From Bdellovibrionota bacterium (GTDB lineage: Bacteria; Bdellovibrionota_C; UBA2361; OMII01), in contig JBIKWQ010000008.1 of NCBI GenBank assembly GCA_044356215.1, positions 1 through 63,035 of the forward strand: a DNA stretch of 63,035 nt. The letters run 5' to 3'. Below, piece after piece: positions 9,652 through 18,984 of the stretch. Below the pieces are notes generated by a model. It did not search any database. It was given only the letters and a program-made list of their open reading frames with translations, and was not told the DNA's origin. Position 1 is the stretch's first letter; every line of letters starts with the position of its first letter. The translations under genes were made by a program, and so were the position numbers.

Positions 9652-9670
9652 AGTATATACCAGTATATAC
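9652..9670. promoter_or_regulatory. tandem palindromic GTATATAC boxes with a -10-like TATACT; candidate RHH operator and leaderless promoter
   Basis: GTATATAC at 9653-9660 and 9663-9670; TATACT on the minus strand 6 nt before ATG 9645. Confidence 0.55.
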
Positions 9671-9854
9671 CAAGGCCGCAACGATCAATTTTCATAACTG
9701 TATATTTAGGCAAGCGAGGCAAAACCTCGCCTGCGCGAGTTTTTGCCGCTCTTCCTTAGCGATGCCATGACTGCAACGATCCAAAAAATCCAGTGAGTAG
9801 TGGCCAAATTTTTCCATCTTTCTAAACCCCAATCAAAGCGATTACCCTAGACAG

Positions 9855-11294
9855 ATGAGTTTATCATCTGCTTACCCTTATAAAACCTACGCTCGCAAAG
9901 AGACGCACCCGGCGCGAATCGGCGCGATCGCTCGTCTCTATGGAATAAACGCAGCCGAGGTCGATCGTTGCTCTGTATTTGAGATCGGATGTGGCGATGG
10001 AGGTAATATTATTCCGCTGGCGGCACGTTATAAGGAGAGTCGTTTCCTCGGAATTGATATTTCTGCTGAGCTAATCGAGAAAGGCCGAAAAGAGATCGAA
10101 GCGCTCGGTTTATCGAATATTGAGCTAATCAGTGGTGATATATCTGAGTACAAGCCGCCATCGGCCAGCTTCGATTATGTAATATGCCACGGAGTATATT
10201 CATGGGTCGCGCCGAGTGTGAGGCAGGCGATCTTAGATCGCTCAGTTGCCGCTCTTTCAGCTCAAGGGGTCTTTTTCTTAAGTTACAACACACTACCAGG
10301 ATGGCGCCAGCGCGGAGCGTTGCGAGACATTATGAGTGTCGGCGCGTCCTTTGTTGAGCATGACGGTGACGTCGCTAGGTTAGAGAACGCGATGGCTTTC
10401 CTGTCGCTTGTCGTCGAGCATACCAATTCAATTACCCCGTATGTAAGAGAGGCGGCAGAGAGGCTGAAAAATTCCGACCCATCATACATAGTTCAGGAAT
10501 TCCTGGGTGATTACAATAATCCATTTATGTTCACTGATTTTATGCGCGAGGCATCAGCGGCGGGACTGCAGTTCCTTTCGGAGGCGCGTGTAGTAATGAT
10601 GTCATCCGAGGATCTGAGTCCTGAGATTAACGAGGTTCTTAAGAGCCTAGATGAGGATCCAATCGCGCGCGAGCAGGTGATAGACATAGCTCGCAACAGG
10701 ATGTTTAGGGAGACCTTGCTCTGTCACGGTTCGGCGACTTTAAATCGAGGGCTGAGTAGCGCCGTATTTCAGGATCTCTATTTTATCGCCACGTATATCC
10801 CTTCAGGGTCGTCAACAAACGACGGTGAAATAGGATTCGTTGAGAGGTATAGTGGCAGAGAGAGCTCTGTTCAGGCGGGCGAATGCGCTAGCGCGCTAAA
10901 AGTAATAGCCGAGATCGGTCCGCGCGGAGCGAAGTTTGAGCAGATAGCCCAAGCAGTTCAGGCGACCAATAATGTATCCAGCGAGGACTGCTTTAGAGCT
11001 GTTTACACACTTTGGAAGACCGGCTGTGTTGACGCGTTAACAACACCTCTCTGCGGCCTTAATGAGTTGGCTGGTGTGAGTCCTGTCGCGCGGATGCAGG
11101 CAGTAAACAACACATTAGTCACCAGCGAGTTACACGAGTCGTTTAATTTATCCTCTGAAGAGCGGGCGGTGCTCGCACAGCTGATCGCCCCGATGAGCTT
11201 CTTAGCGTTAGAGACAGTGATGTTGGCTAGCTTTCCGCGTGAGAGAGTCGTGCGGATAATATCAGGATTGCGAGAAAAGGGGTTCTTTATCTAG
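9855..11294 (+). CDS. class I SAM-dependent methyltransferase with methyltransferase regulatory domain (protein-lysine-MTase-like)
   Basis: 'VFEIGCGDGGN', 'FDYVICHGVYSWV', 'SYNTLPGW', 'NRMFRETLLCH'. Confidence 0.85.
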   Translation: MSLSSAYPYKTYARKETHPARIGAIARLYGINAAEVDRCSVFEIGCGDGGNIIPLAARYKESRFLGIDISAELIEKGRKEIEALGLSNIELISGDISEYKPPSASFDYVICHGVYSWVAPSVRQAILDRSVAALSAQGVFFLSYNTLPGWRQRGALRDIMSVGASFVEHDGDVARLENAMAFLSLVVEHTNSITPYVREAAERLKNSDPSYIVQEFLGDYNNPFMFTDFMREASAAGLQFLSEARVVMMSSEDLSPEINEVLKSLDEDPIAREQVIDIARNRMFRETLLCHGSATLNRGLSSAVFQDLYFIATYIPSGSSTNDGEIGFVERYSGRESSVQAGECASALKVIAEIGPRGAKFEQIAQAVQATNNVSSEDCFRAVYTLWKTGCVDALTTPLCGLNELAGVSPVARMQAVNNTLVTSELHESFNLSSEERAVLAQLIAPMSFLALETVMLASFPRERVVRIISGLREKGFFI

Positions 11295-11298
11295 CTTT

Positions 11299-12261
11299 AT
11301 GAGTAGCAACTCCCAGAATTACGATGTTTCGCGAGACCACTCACTAGATCTCCTTCGTGGTGTAGCTGTAGCTGGGATGTTTTTCTTCAGCTTCGTGGCG
11401 ACGCTTTCCAGCTCTCTACCGATTCTATTGCTGCATAACATCCCCGGACGCTTTTTGCCTGGAGATCTGGTCTTGAGCCTCTTTCTCTTTACCAGCGGCA
11501 TCTCGCTGTCGTTGGTGAGGCGACGCTACGAGAGTTCATTCGATCGCGGTATGTGGCTTAAACTGATCAGCAGGCTATCGCGCATGGTAATAGTCTCGCT
11601 TTTTATTACTCCATTTTCTATCGGTGAGCCGTTTGGAATGGATGAGATGATGCTCAACTTAGTGCTAACAATTCCAGCACTTTTCATAATCGGCCTGGGT
11701 GAGGTTCTCAGCTTTAGCGTTATCGTTTTTATCTGGGGATTGGTCGCTGCTTTGGGTAAGTTTGGCCAACTGGTAGACCCAGCTGTCAGTTATCTAGGCG
11801 GCTATCCGCTATCTTTCGCGTGGTTGCCGATCGTTCTGGCGGGTTCTCTCGCCGCGCCACGGGTGTCGCTTAGTTCAGTTGTCAGATGCGCTATCTGGTT
11901 TGCCCTGTTTATCTTCTTCTATTTTCTCTCTGGCTCACCTGACAAGATGAACCTCGCCCCTTCATTTGGCGCGTTGAGCGCGCTGGCGGGTGAGTTGTGT
12001 TTGGTCACATTTAGGCGCCTTAACCTTCGTTTGCTGTGGCTTGAATATTTTGGAAGCAAGCCACTTAGGATGTGGGTTTTAATGTTCGTCTTGTTAGGTC
12101 CATTGCGTTTATACGCCGAGACAACTCTTCATGAGGCGCGCTTTAAATTCGGACCAGTGGAGGCTGTGCTGATGGCGCTGCTCTGGATGATCGCCTCGTA
12201 CGCGATCTCAAAATGGATCGATCGGTGGAAAAAAGTTAGCGCCTCCGAAGCTGCGCGATAA
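11299..12261 (+). CDS. membrane acyltransferase, heparan-alpha-glucosaminide N-acetyltransferase-like
   Basis: 'RDHSLDLLRGVAV', 'DLVLSLFLFTSGIS'; multiple TM segments. Confidence 0.65.
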   Translation: MSSNSQNYDVSRDHSLDLLRGVAVAGMFFFSFVATLSSSLPILLLHNIPGRFLPGDLVLSLFLFTSGISLSLVRRRYESSFDRGMWLKLISRLSRMVIVSLFITPFSIGEPFGMDEMMLNLVLTIPALFIIGLGEVLSFSVIVFIWGLVAALGKFGQLVDPAVSYLGGYPLSFAWLPIVLAGSLAAPRVSLSSVVRCAIWFALFIFFYFLSGSPDKMNLAPSFGALSALAGELCLVTFRRLNLRLLWLEYFGSKPLRMWVLMFVLLGPLRLYAETTLHEARFKFGPVEAVLMALLWMIASYAISKWIDRWKKVSASEAAR

Positions 12262-13069
12262 ATCCGATCCCTAATGTCAGTAGCGCCATAAATCCCCATT
12301 CGTATACATACCCCAGATGAATATCCGGTGGTGGGGTCGTATCAAAGTGGGGAAGGGGATATTCCAGATCCGGAGAATCCAGCCCGAAATTCTCGACATT
12401 TTTCTGGCCTGTTAGGGCAAGCACATCATTTCTTCCGGCGGAGCCCTCTTTGACTATGTGGTCAGGGAGAAGGGGATCTTGGGGATCGTTCATCACCTCC
12501 AGATAGATCGGCAAAACCGCGTAGGGTAGCTGTTTGGCGATAGCTTCAACGTTGACTCGGATCCATAGATCAACCCACGGCTTATCAAGACCGGAGGGTG
12601 GATCGTTGGGAGCGAATAATTTCGGCTCGCTTGGTATCTTTACCAGCCCGTAAAGCTCAACGTGTTGGGGGCGCTGGTAACGCTTGCGATACTCACGTTC
12701 GTGGCGGCCCAAAGGAATAAAACCACGGTCAACTAAGATATGAGTATCACTGGAATCTAATTTAAGAGGGGTGATGACATGGAAACCGGCGTGGTCTTTC
12801 TCTCCACGATTCCTTCTAACGATCACCTCACGTTCAAAATCAAAGCTCCCAGATATCTTGACCCGCCTCCAGGCTTGCTCGCGCCAGTTTGGCGACGAGT
12901 CTAAAAGCGGCTGAAGGTCGACAACTTCGCGCTCTAAGGTCGATCTGAGGGTAGTAATTAATTCCTGCTTCTGGATGTGTCTATCCCATTGCCAAATTGA
13001 GGCGCGAATCATACCGAGCGCTAGCGCCAGGCAAGTTACGGTAATCTTCCAGGAAAAATTAAAGAGCAT
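12236..13069 (-). CDS. SURF1-family cytochrome oxidase assembly protein
   Basis: 'WQWDR', 'GFHVITPL', 'LVDRGFIP', 'HLGYVYEW'. Confidence 0.9.
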   Translation of the reverse strand: MLFNFSWKITVTCLALALGMIRASIWQWDRHIQKQELITTLRSTLEREVVDLQPLLDSSPNWREQAWRRVKISGSFDFEREVIVRRNRGEKDHAGFHVITPLKLDSSDTHILVDRGFIPLGRHEREYRKRYQRPQHVELYGLVKIPSEPKLFAPNDPPSGLDKPWVDLWIRVNVEAIAKQLPYAVLPIYLEVMNDPQDPLLPDHIVKEGSAGRNDVLALTGQKNVENFGLDSPDLEYPLPHFDTTPPPDIHLGYVYEWGFMALLTLGIGFIAQLRRR

Positions 13070-13270
13070 GGTTGGGGTTATACGTTAAAGAACACTCAGG
13101 GTAGAAGAGGTAAAACCTTGCTGGCGCGATGTTTTACGTGACTTAGAACTATATGGTCCTAGGTGCTTGCATAACCTACTGAACTGGTTAATATTTTGGG
13201 GGTTTTACTGAATCCTCTACAAGGTGGTATCGTTACCGCTACGTAGTTTTTAAAGATTTGTTAGGCACTA

Positions 13271-14263
13271 GTGATGTTTCTCCTTGGTGTAACCACAGTT
13301 AGTCCAGAGGCAGCAGTTTCGGAGACGGATCTCAAGCGATTAATTCGTGGCGAGCCCTCTGATATAGCTAGGAATTTTTCGGGGGTGTCATCGCGACGTA
13401 TCTCACTTCCATTCGAATACATCACAGCAACCGGTAACAGCGATCTGTTAGAGGGATGGAAGGTAGCTACGATCTCGCCAACTGCACTTGGGGCTCAGGC
13501 GGTGCGTGAGTTGTTGAGCAAATCCGGGGTCTCTATCAAACAGGTTGGATTGATGTTGGGAGATACCGGCACGCCGTATCAGACCTGTCCATCAGAGGCG
13601 CAACGAATAATGGGTGAGTTTGGTGTCAAGGCTCCCGCCTTTGATTTGGTTGGGGGTATCGGCGCTATCCCGCACGTGCTCTTCGCGTTGTCTCGTTGGA
13701 GCGAGGATAGGTTGCCAGAGTATTTGGTGTACGTTTCTTCCAACACGCCTTCGCAGCAGATTAATTATCACAAAGACCCAGCATCGGCCGCGCTCTTCGG
13801 AGACGCGGCGACCGCGCTTTTAATTAGCAAAACCGGTGCTACTGCTGGAAAAAAGTTGCAAGTCGTCTACGCCAAGTTTAGCGCGGAGGATAGGCGTCGT
13901 TTGCCAGTGATAATAGAAGGGTCGGTAAAACTCAATCAGGATGAGCTTTTATCCGCCGATCAGTTGGCCAGCAACATCACCGCGGAGCTTGATGCGTTGC
14001 GACTATTTGACGCAAAGCTGATTGATAAAGCAGTGTTCATACCCCCACAGCTTTATGCCGCTAGAGCTGCCGAGATATTAACCAGCGTTGGAGTAGCCGG
14101 TGAGCGGATAGTATCTGGGGTAAACGATATAGGATTCTCAATCGGTGCCTCGCATGGAGTGGCGTTAGCTAAGGTGTGGGAGGAGATTAACCAGGAGAGA
14201 CCGGTAGTTTTAATGCACTGTGGTGATGGACAGCGCGGTAGCGTTGTTCTTGAGGCGTCTTAA
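13271..14263 (+). CDS. FabH/KAS III-fold protein lacking the catalytic triad
   Basis: 'ALFGDAATA' and overall parallel to the downstream paralog; Cys/His/Asn positions read 'GGIGA', 'IPPQL', 'IGFSIGAS'. Confidence 0.75.
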   Translation: MMFLLGVTTVSPEAAVSETDLKRLIRGEPSDIARNFSGVSSRRISLPFEYITATGNSDLLEGWKVATISPTALGAQAVRELLSKSGVSIKQVGLMLGDTGTPYQTCPSEAQRIMGEFGVKAPAFDLVGGIGAIPHVLFALSRWSEDRLPEYLVYVSSNTPSQQINYHKDPASAALFGDAATALLISKTGATAGKKLQVVYAKFSAEDRRRLPVIIEGSVKLNQDELLSADQLASNITAELDALRLFDAKLIDKAVFIPPQLYAARAAEILTSVGVAGERIVSGVNDIGFSIGASHGVALAKVWEEINQERPVVLMHCGDGQRGSVVLEAS

Positions 14264-14282
14264 ACTTAGTGGAGAGATAGAA

Positions 14283-15266
14283 GTGCTGAGCATTTTGGGC
14301 ATGGGAACGTGCCACCCAACTACATCGATCGACAATCACTTCCTTGAGGCGCTGGATGTTGGCACTAATGCGCAGTGGATCGAGGAGAAGATAGGTATTC
14401 TCGAGCGAGTCACAACGCTTCCAGTCGACTATATTAAGACCACCAGGAATCAGGATCCTCGAATGGCGCGTGAAGTCGCGTCCGCTACTCCAACAGACCT
14501 TGGAGCCAAAGCCGCTGAGGATGCTCTTAAAAATTCTGGAATAAAAGCCACCGATATCGGCATGATAATCGTCAATTGCTGCTCTCCGCACCAGACAGTG
14601 CCGGGCGAGGCAGTGAGAATCGCTGAACGATTGGGGATTAATGTCGAGGCTTTTGATGTTTATACAGCGTGCCCCGCTTTTGCTTTACACATCGATTTCC
14701 TGAGGAATTTTGACGCTTCTAAACTGCCAGAGTTTGTTTTGTGTGTTTCGACGGCGACGATGACGCATCATGTTAACTACAATGATCGCTCGGATGGGGC
14801 GATTTGGGGTGATGGAGCGGCGGCGTGGGTAGTTTCTTCCAAGCATTCGGGCAAATTGGAGATCCTTGATTCAACGTATACGGCTGATCCAACACGTTGC
14901 GCGGCTGTGGTAGTTGATAGTTACAGGTTCTTTCATCAAGATGGCAGAGCAGTGCGTGATTTTTCTGTGCGTCAGACCGTGAGGCTCGTAAAGGCGATTG
15001 AAGAGAGTTATCCGATCGATTGGTCTAGAGATATCTTTATTGGGCATCAGGCGAATCGGACGATGCTTGAACAGATTACCAATAATCGTGAGATACCACC
15101 GAGCAATCATTGGCATAATGTGACTTATCTCGGTAATCAAGCTGGGGCAGGCGCGCCCGCGTCGTTAAGTATGAATTGGAATTCTCTTCAGGCGGGACAG
15201 CATATAGTTGTAGCAGTAGTGGGTGCTGGACTTAGCTGGGGATCTATAGTGATGAGAGTGTCTTGA
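14283..15266 (+). CDS. 3-oxoacyl-ACP synthase III family protein
   Basis: 'TACPAF' (Cys), 'WGDGAAA', 'GHQAN' (His), 'LGNQAGA' (Asn), 'GAGLSWG'; GTG 14283 with GGAGAG upstream. Confidence 0.9.
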   Translation: MLSILGMGTCHPTTSIDNHFLEALDVGTNAQWIEEKIGILERVTTLPVDYIKTTRNQDPRMAREVASATPTDLGAKAAEDALKNSGIKATDIGMIIVNCCSPHQTVPGEAVRIAERLGINVEAFDVYTACPAFALHIDFLRNFDASKLPEFVLCVSTATMTHHVNYNDRSDGAIWGDGAAAWVVSSKHSGKLEILDSTYTADPTRCAAVVVDSYRFFHQDGRAVRDFSVRQTVRLVKAIEESYPIDWSRDIFIGHQANRTMLEQITNNREIPPSNHWHNVTYLGNQAGAGAPASLSMNWNSLQAGQHIVVAVVGAGLSWGSIVMRVS

Positions 15267-15277
15267 TCCTCGTGCTC

Positions 15278-16606
15278 TCATTCAGCTTCTCCCTTCAAGA
15301 TCAACCCCAACAATATCCAGATCATAATCGTCACTTCGCTATCGCCGAAGTTGTACTCTACTAATCCCGCGCATTGCCATGAGATTACAGCGCATCCAAG
15401 AGCCACATAAAGTGGCTTATTGCGATCTTTGAAGCAGGTTTTAACTATCGCTATGATCAGCCAGATAAAAACCGAGACACCTAGCCACCCTGTCTCGGCC
15501 GCGATATTCAGGAGATTGTTGTGAAAATGTTTTAGCTCGGGGGGGATTTCTGGGGAGAATTCGCGGAGAATTCCGCTGTTGTGGTAGCCGATTCCTAGGG
15601 GATATTCAGAGATAAGCTCCGCGCCGATCCTCCAAATAGTGCTCCTGCCACCAGCAATAGTGAAATGCTCATACGAATCAAGGATCCTATCTCTGATAGG
15701 AGTTATCAGGATCGCGGCGGAGATCGCCGCGATAGCCAGCGGGGCGATCAGTTTGCGTGAATAAAAACAAGCAAAGCAGCCAGCGCCGATGATAGTTCCC
15801 AACCACGGGCCGCGCTTTAGATTAACTAGCAAAGCGCAGATCATCAGGGGCATCGCCAGAGTCAGCGTTAATAGTGTCTCTCTCGTTGCTGAGTGTATCC
15901 GCTTAAGCTGAGTGGCGAGAAAAGCTACAGCTACGATAAGCGCGGCCACGAGAGGTAGGATCAAAGTTTTTGGTAGTCCAAGATCCGGGCTAAATCCGTT
16001 CGCCGTTAATAGTAAAGTGAAAACGATCGCGAAAGCTATCGCTCTAAAATCATCGGCGCGCGATGAGTCAAGGCGCCTAGCTGAATAGATCATGCCTAAA
16101 GCTAACGGTATAGTAATCGCTAGTTGCCCAGATTCGGTGACTTTACCAAGAAAAACTCGAGGCACAGCTCCGGAAAAAGCAGCCTCAAAAAACGAGTGGA
16201 GAGCAGCGATACTTTGACCGACGACAAGAGCGAAGCAAACAGGCTTAACTTCGGCCTTTGAGGCGAAGAGTGGGATAGTTAACGCGAAGAAGATGAGCGA
16301 GCTTAGCGCCCTAAAGCTGCGCCACGGCGCGATACCAACCGCCGCGGATAACACGCATAAAGAGAGAAATAAAATCAGTGGCGCCGCGATTCCGCGAGTC
16401 CTCTCCGGTATCGATCCTCTGAGCAGGGTCAGTCTGTTAGACCAAGCCCAAAGAACGATTAGGGGAGATAGAGCTATGTAAGCTAAAGATAGTTTAAGCG
16501 GGAGAAGAAACGCGACTGCTGATGTGCCGCGCTTAAGGATCCTCTCTATCTTTTCGCTGTAACTCTCTCCACTATTGCTCAACCGCGCCCTCTGATTCCG
16601 GTTCAT
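15278..16606 (-). CDS. O-antigen ligase (Wzy_C) family membrane protein
   Basis: Many TM helices; 'KRGPWLG', 'RSTIWR', 'PLGIG', 'HFHNNLL...ETGWLG'. Confidence 0.8.
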   Translation of the reverse strand: MNRNQRARLSNSGESYSEKIERILKRGTSAVAFLLPLKLSLAYIALSPLIVLWAWSNRLTLLRGSIPERTRGIAAPLILFLSLCVLSAAVGIAPWRSFRALSSLIFFALTIPLFASKAEVKPVCFALVVGQSIAALHSFFEAAFSGAVPRVFLGKVTESGQLAITIPLALGMIYSARRLDSSRADDFRAIAFAIVFTLLLTANGFSPDLGLPKTLILPLVAALIVAVAFLATQLKRIHSATRETLLTLTLAMPLMICALLVNLKRGPWLGTIIGAGCFACFYSRKLIAPLAIAAISAAILITPIRDRILDSYEHFTIAGGRSTIWRIGAELISEYPLGIGYHNSGILREFSPEIPPELKHFHNNLLNIAAETGWLGVSVFIWLIIAIVKTCFKDRNKPLYVALGCAVISWQCAGLVEYNFGDSEVTIMIWILLGLILKGEAE

Positions 16607-17657
16607 TTTCCTGCTGTGACATCTCAGCTTGAATCTGCTTCGCCAAATTAACAGCCTCTGGATTTCGGCTGTTAGCGATTACGTTATCAACGGTTTCCTT
16701 TATGCCGTCCTCATAGTTTACGTGATCTAGGACGTCCTTGACTAAAGCGCGATCCGATTCCGGGTTGTTTGAGTTCTCTAGCTGCTCAAAAAGGCTCTGA
16801 AGTCCTGGTAATCCAGCATTAACGAGGGACTTGGCCCACGCCGCGGAGTACTGGTCCCTCTTCTGAACTTGTTCCTGAACGAATGGTAGCGCCTCCTCAT
16901 CTGGAATAAACTCGCCTGGTCCGATTCCCACAGAATAATAAGCGTCAGAATCGTTACGGTCTTGAACGTGCTTGGCTAGGATCTCAGCGGCTTGCCTGGT
17001 TCCTTGGTTAGTGATCGCGGCTACAGATGCCTCACGAAGGGTGTCATTAGTTGTTGAGAGCTGCTCTCCCAGGACCTTTACGACGTCGTCCTTGCCGAGA
17101 GTTAGCTCTAGTGCCTCGGCGAATAGATCGGCCTCCGTGGCGTTTGGAGCGTTCTTAATGGCATCTACTAAGGTCTGAACATTCTCGGCTCTGCCGCTGA
17201 TAGCAAGAATCTCAGCCATGTAGCTCTTCTGATCTTGTGGGCTACTTGGATTCATGACGAAATCTTGAACAGATTTGTAGAACTCTGAGCACCATGAGCA
17301 ATCGGCGCTTGGTTCTGTGAATTGCTCTAAGATCGAGTCGTCGAAATCCTTAGCCCCCTTCATCGCCGCGGCTAGCGCGTCCGCCGCGTTAGCGTATGCC
17401 TCAGTGGCTGGCTTAATCTCTTCGATCTCCTCACCTGCTTGAGTTCCCTGGTTACTCATCGAATTAATGAGAGTATCACGCGGAGACCCTTGCGAAGCGG
17501 CGCCAGCATCTGGAGCCGGAGCGCCTTCTACATTTGAGCCGAGAGATGCTGACTGTGTTGGGCCGCCGCCGTTTTCGAGCGAGCTGTTGTTGTTATAAAA
17601 CCACAATCCGGCTCCAAGCGCGCCGATTACTACTAAAAGGGAGAGGACCTTCTTCAT
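16572..17657 (-). CDS. membrane-anchored HEAT-repeat-like helical protein
   Basis: N-terminal signal anchor, low-complexity linker, 'LREASVAAITNQG' HEAT-like helices, one CxxC (CSWC). Confidence 0.55.
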   Translation of the reverse strand: MKKVLSLLVVIGALGAGLWFYNNNSSLENGGGPTQSASLGSNVEGAPAPDAGAASQGSPRDTLINSMSNQGTQAGEEIEEIKPATEAYANAADALAAAMKGAKDFDDSILEQFTEPSADCSWCSEFYKSVQDFVMNPSSPQDQKSYMAEILAISGRAENVQTLVDAIKNAPNATEADLFAEALELTLGKDDVVKVLGEQLSTTNDTLREASVAAITNQGTRQAAEILAKHVQDRNDSDAYYSVGIGPGEFIPDEEALPFVQEQVQKRDQYSAAWAKSLVNAGLPGLQSLFEQLENSNNPESDRALVKDVLDHVNYEDGIKETVDNVIANSRNPEAVNLAKQIQAEMSQQENEPESEGAVEQ

Positions 17658-17840
17658 GCGTTATCCTTGAGTAAGCACCTGCTTAAAAATTTAATTCCCG
17701 ATGAGTTTACGACACTTGTTAGCTTTGCGCACCCATCACCGTAGGCGTGACCTAAGTTAGGCTCGTCTGAAATAGAAATATAGTGCGAATAGCTTTATTA
17801 AGTCTAGTCTCTTCAGGTTGTTACCATCGGAAGAATCGCC

Positions 17841-18914
17841 CTATAGAGGCCTAAAATCCGTCTTTGGGGTGATTGAACTAATAAACTGAGCCAGGATCTT
17901 GATGGCGTACTCCAAATCCTTATAGCTGCAAACCTCAACTGGTGTATGCATATACCTGTTAGGGATTCCTAAAGCTCCAGTGGCGACACCGGACCGCGTC
18001 GTTTGGATTGAGTTAGCGTCATTTCCCAGAGGGCGGGTGGCTGGCGCTATCTGAAAAGGGGCGCGAGATTTCTTCGAAGCCGCTTTTAGCATCTTTTCAA
18101 CAACTGAATTAATGTTCGGCCCACTTGATATCGTTGGTCCGGCTCCTAGCAGACACGGAATCATCTTAGGGTTCTCGTTCCCAGGGTTATCGCTAGAGTG
18201 CGCTACATCAATAGCGATGCCTACCTGCGGATCCACTCCGAAGGCTGAAGTAACGGAGCCTCTTAGTCCGATCTCTTCCTGAACTGTACTTACAGCGAAT
18301 ACCCCCACAGAATTGTTCTTTAAAGCTCTCTTGTTTTTAGCGCAGAGACGCAGCGTCTCTAGAGCCACAAAGAGCCCAACCTTGTCATCTAAGCCTGGAG
18401 AGGAGAAGAGATTGTTGCCCAGCTCTGTAACACCTAGCTCAAAAGTTATTACATCCCCGAGCTTGACTAACTTCTCAGCTTCGCGCTTTCCTCGAGCGCC
18501 GATATCGATCCAGATCTTTTCGATGTCGTTCTTTGTTTTATCGCGCTCGTCGGTGGATTGCATATGGATCGGCTTTCTCCCGATAATCCCGCGAATAGGG
18601 CCATTTTCGGTGTGTACGGTAACCTTTGACGCGTGCAGCGCCCCGACATCGATCCCCCCAATCGGAGAGACGTATAGAAAGCCCTCGCTTGAGATGAACC
18701 GCGTCATTAAACCGATCTGGTCGCAGTGGCCAGCCAGCATGATCCGCCTTTCGGCTTTGGGATTAATCGCCATAATCACGTTGCCGTGAAGATCTGTATC
18801 GATCGTGTCGGCGAAACTTTTCATCCTTTCGCGGATGATTCTCTGGATCGGTTGTTCCGCCCCTGTTGGGGACGGAGTGAGAAGGAGTTGGTGTAGAAAA
18901 TCTTTTGATTCCAT
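17841..18914 (-). CDS. M42-family aminopeptidase
   Basis: 'PSPTGAE', 'AGHCDQIG', 'LDDKVG', 'TVQEEIGLRG', 'IAIDVAH', 'RYMHTPVE'; start reassigned to ATG 18914. Confidence 0.92.
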   Translation of the reverse strand: MESKDFLHQLLLTPSPTGAEQPIQRIIRERMKSFADTIDTDLHGNVIMAINPKAERRIMLAGHCDQIGLMTRFISSEGFLYVSPIGGIDVGALHASKVTVHTENGPIRGIIGRKPIHMQSTDERDKTKNDIEKIWIDIGARGKREAEKLVKLGDVITFELGVTELGNNLFSSPGLDDKVGLFVALETLRLCAKNKRALKNNSVGVFAVSTVQEEIGLRGSVTSAFGVDPQVGIAIDVAHSSDNPGNENPKMIPCLLGAGPTISSGPNINSVVEKMLKAASKKSRAPFQIAPATRPLGNDANSIQTTRSGVATGALGIPNRYMHTPVEVCSYKDLEYAIKILAQFISSITPKTDFRPL

Positions 18915-18984
18915 TCTTTTTAGGTCTATTTCAGCTATCGTTATAATATGTGATGCTACGACAGAGAAAAAGGCGCAGACAATC

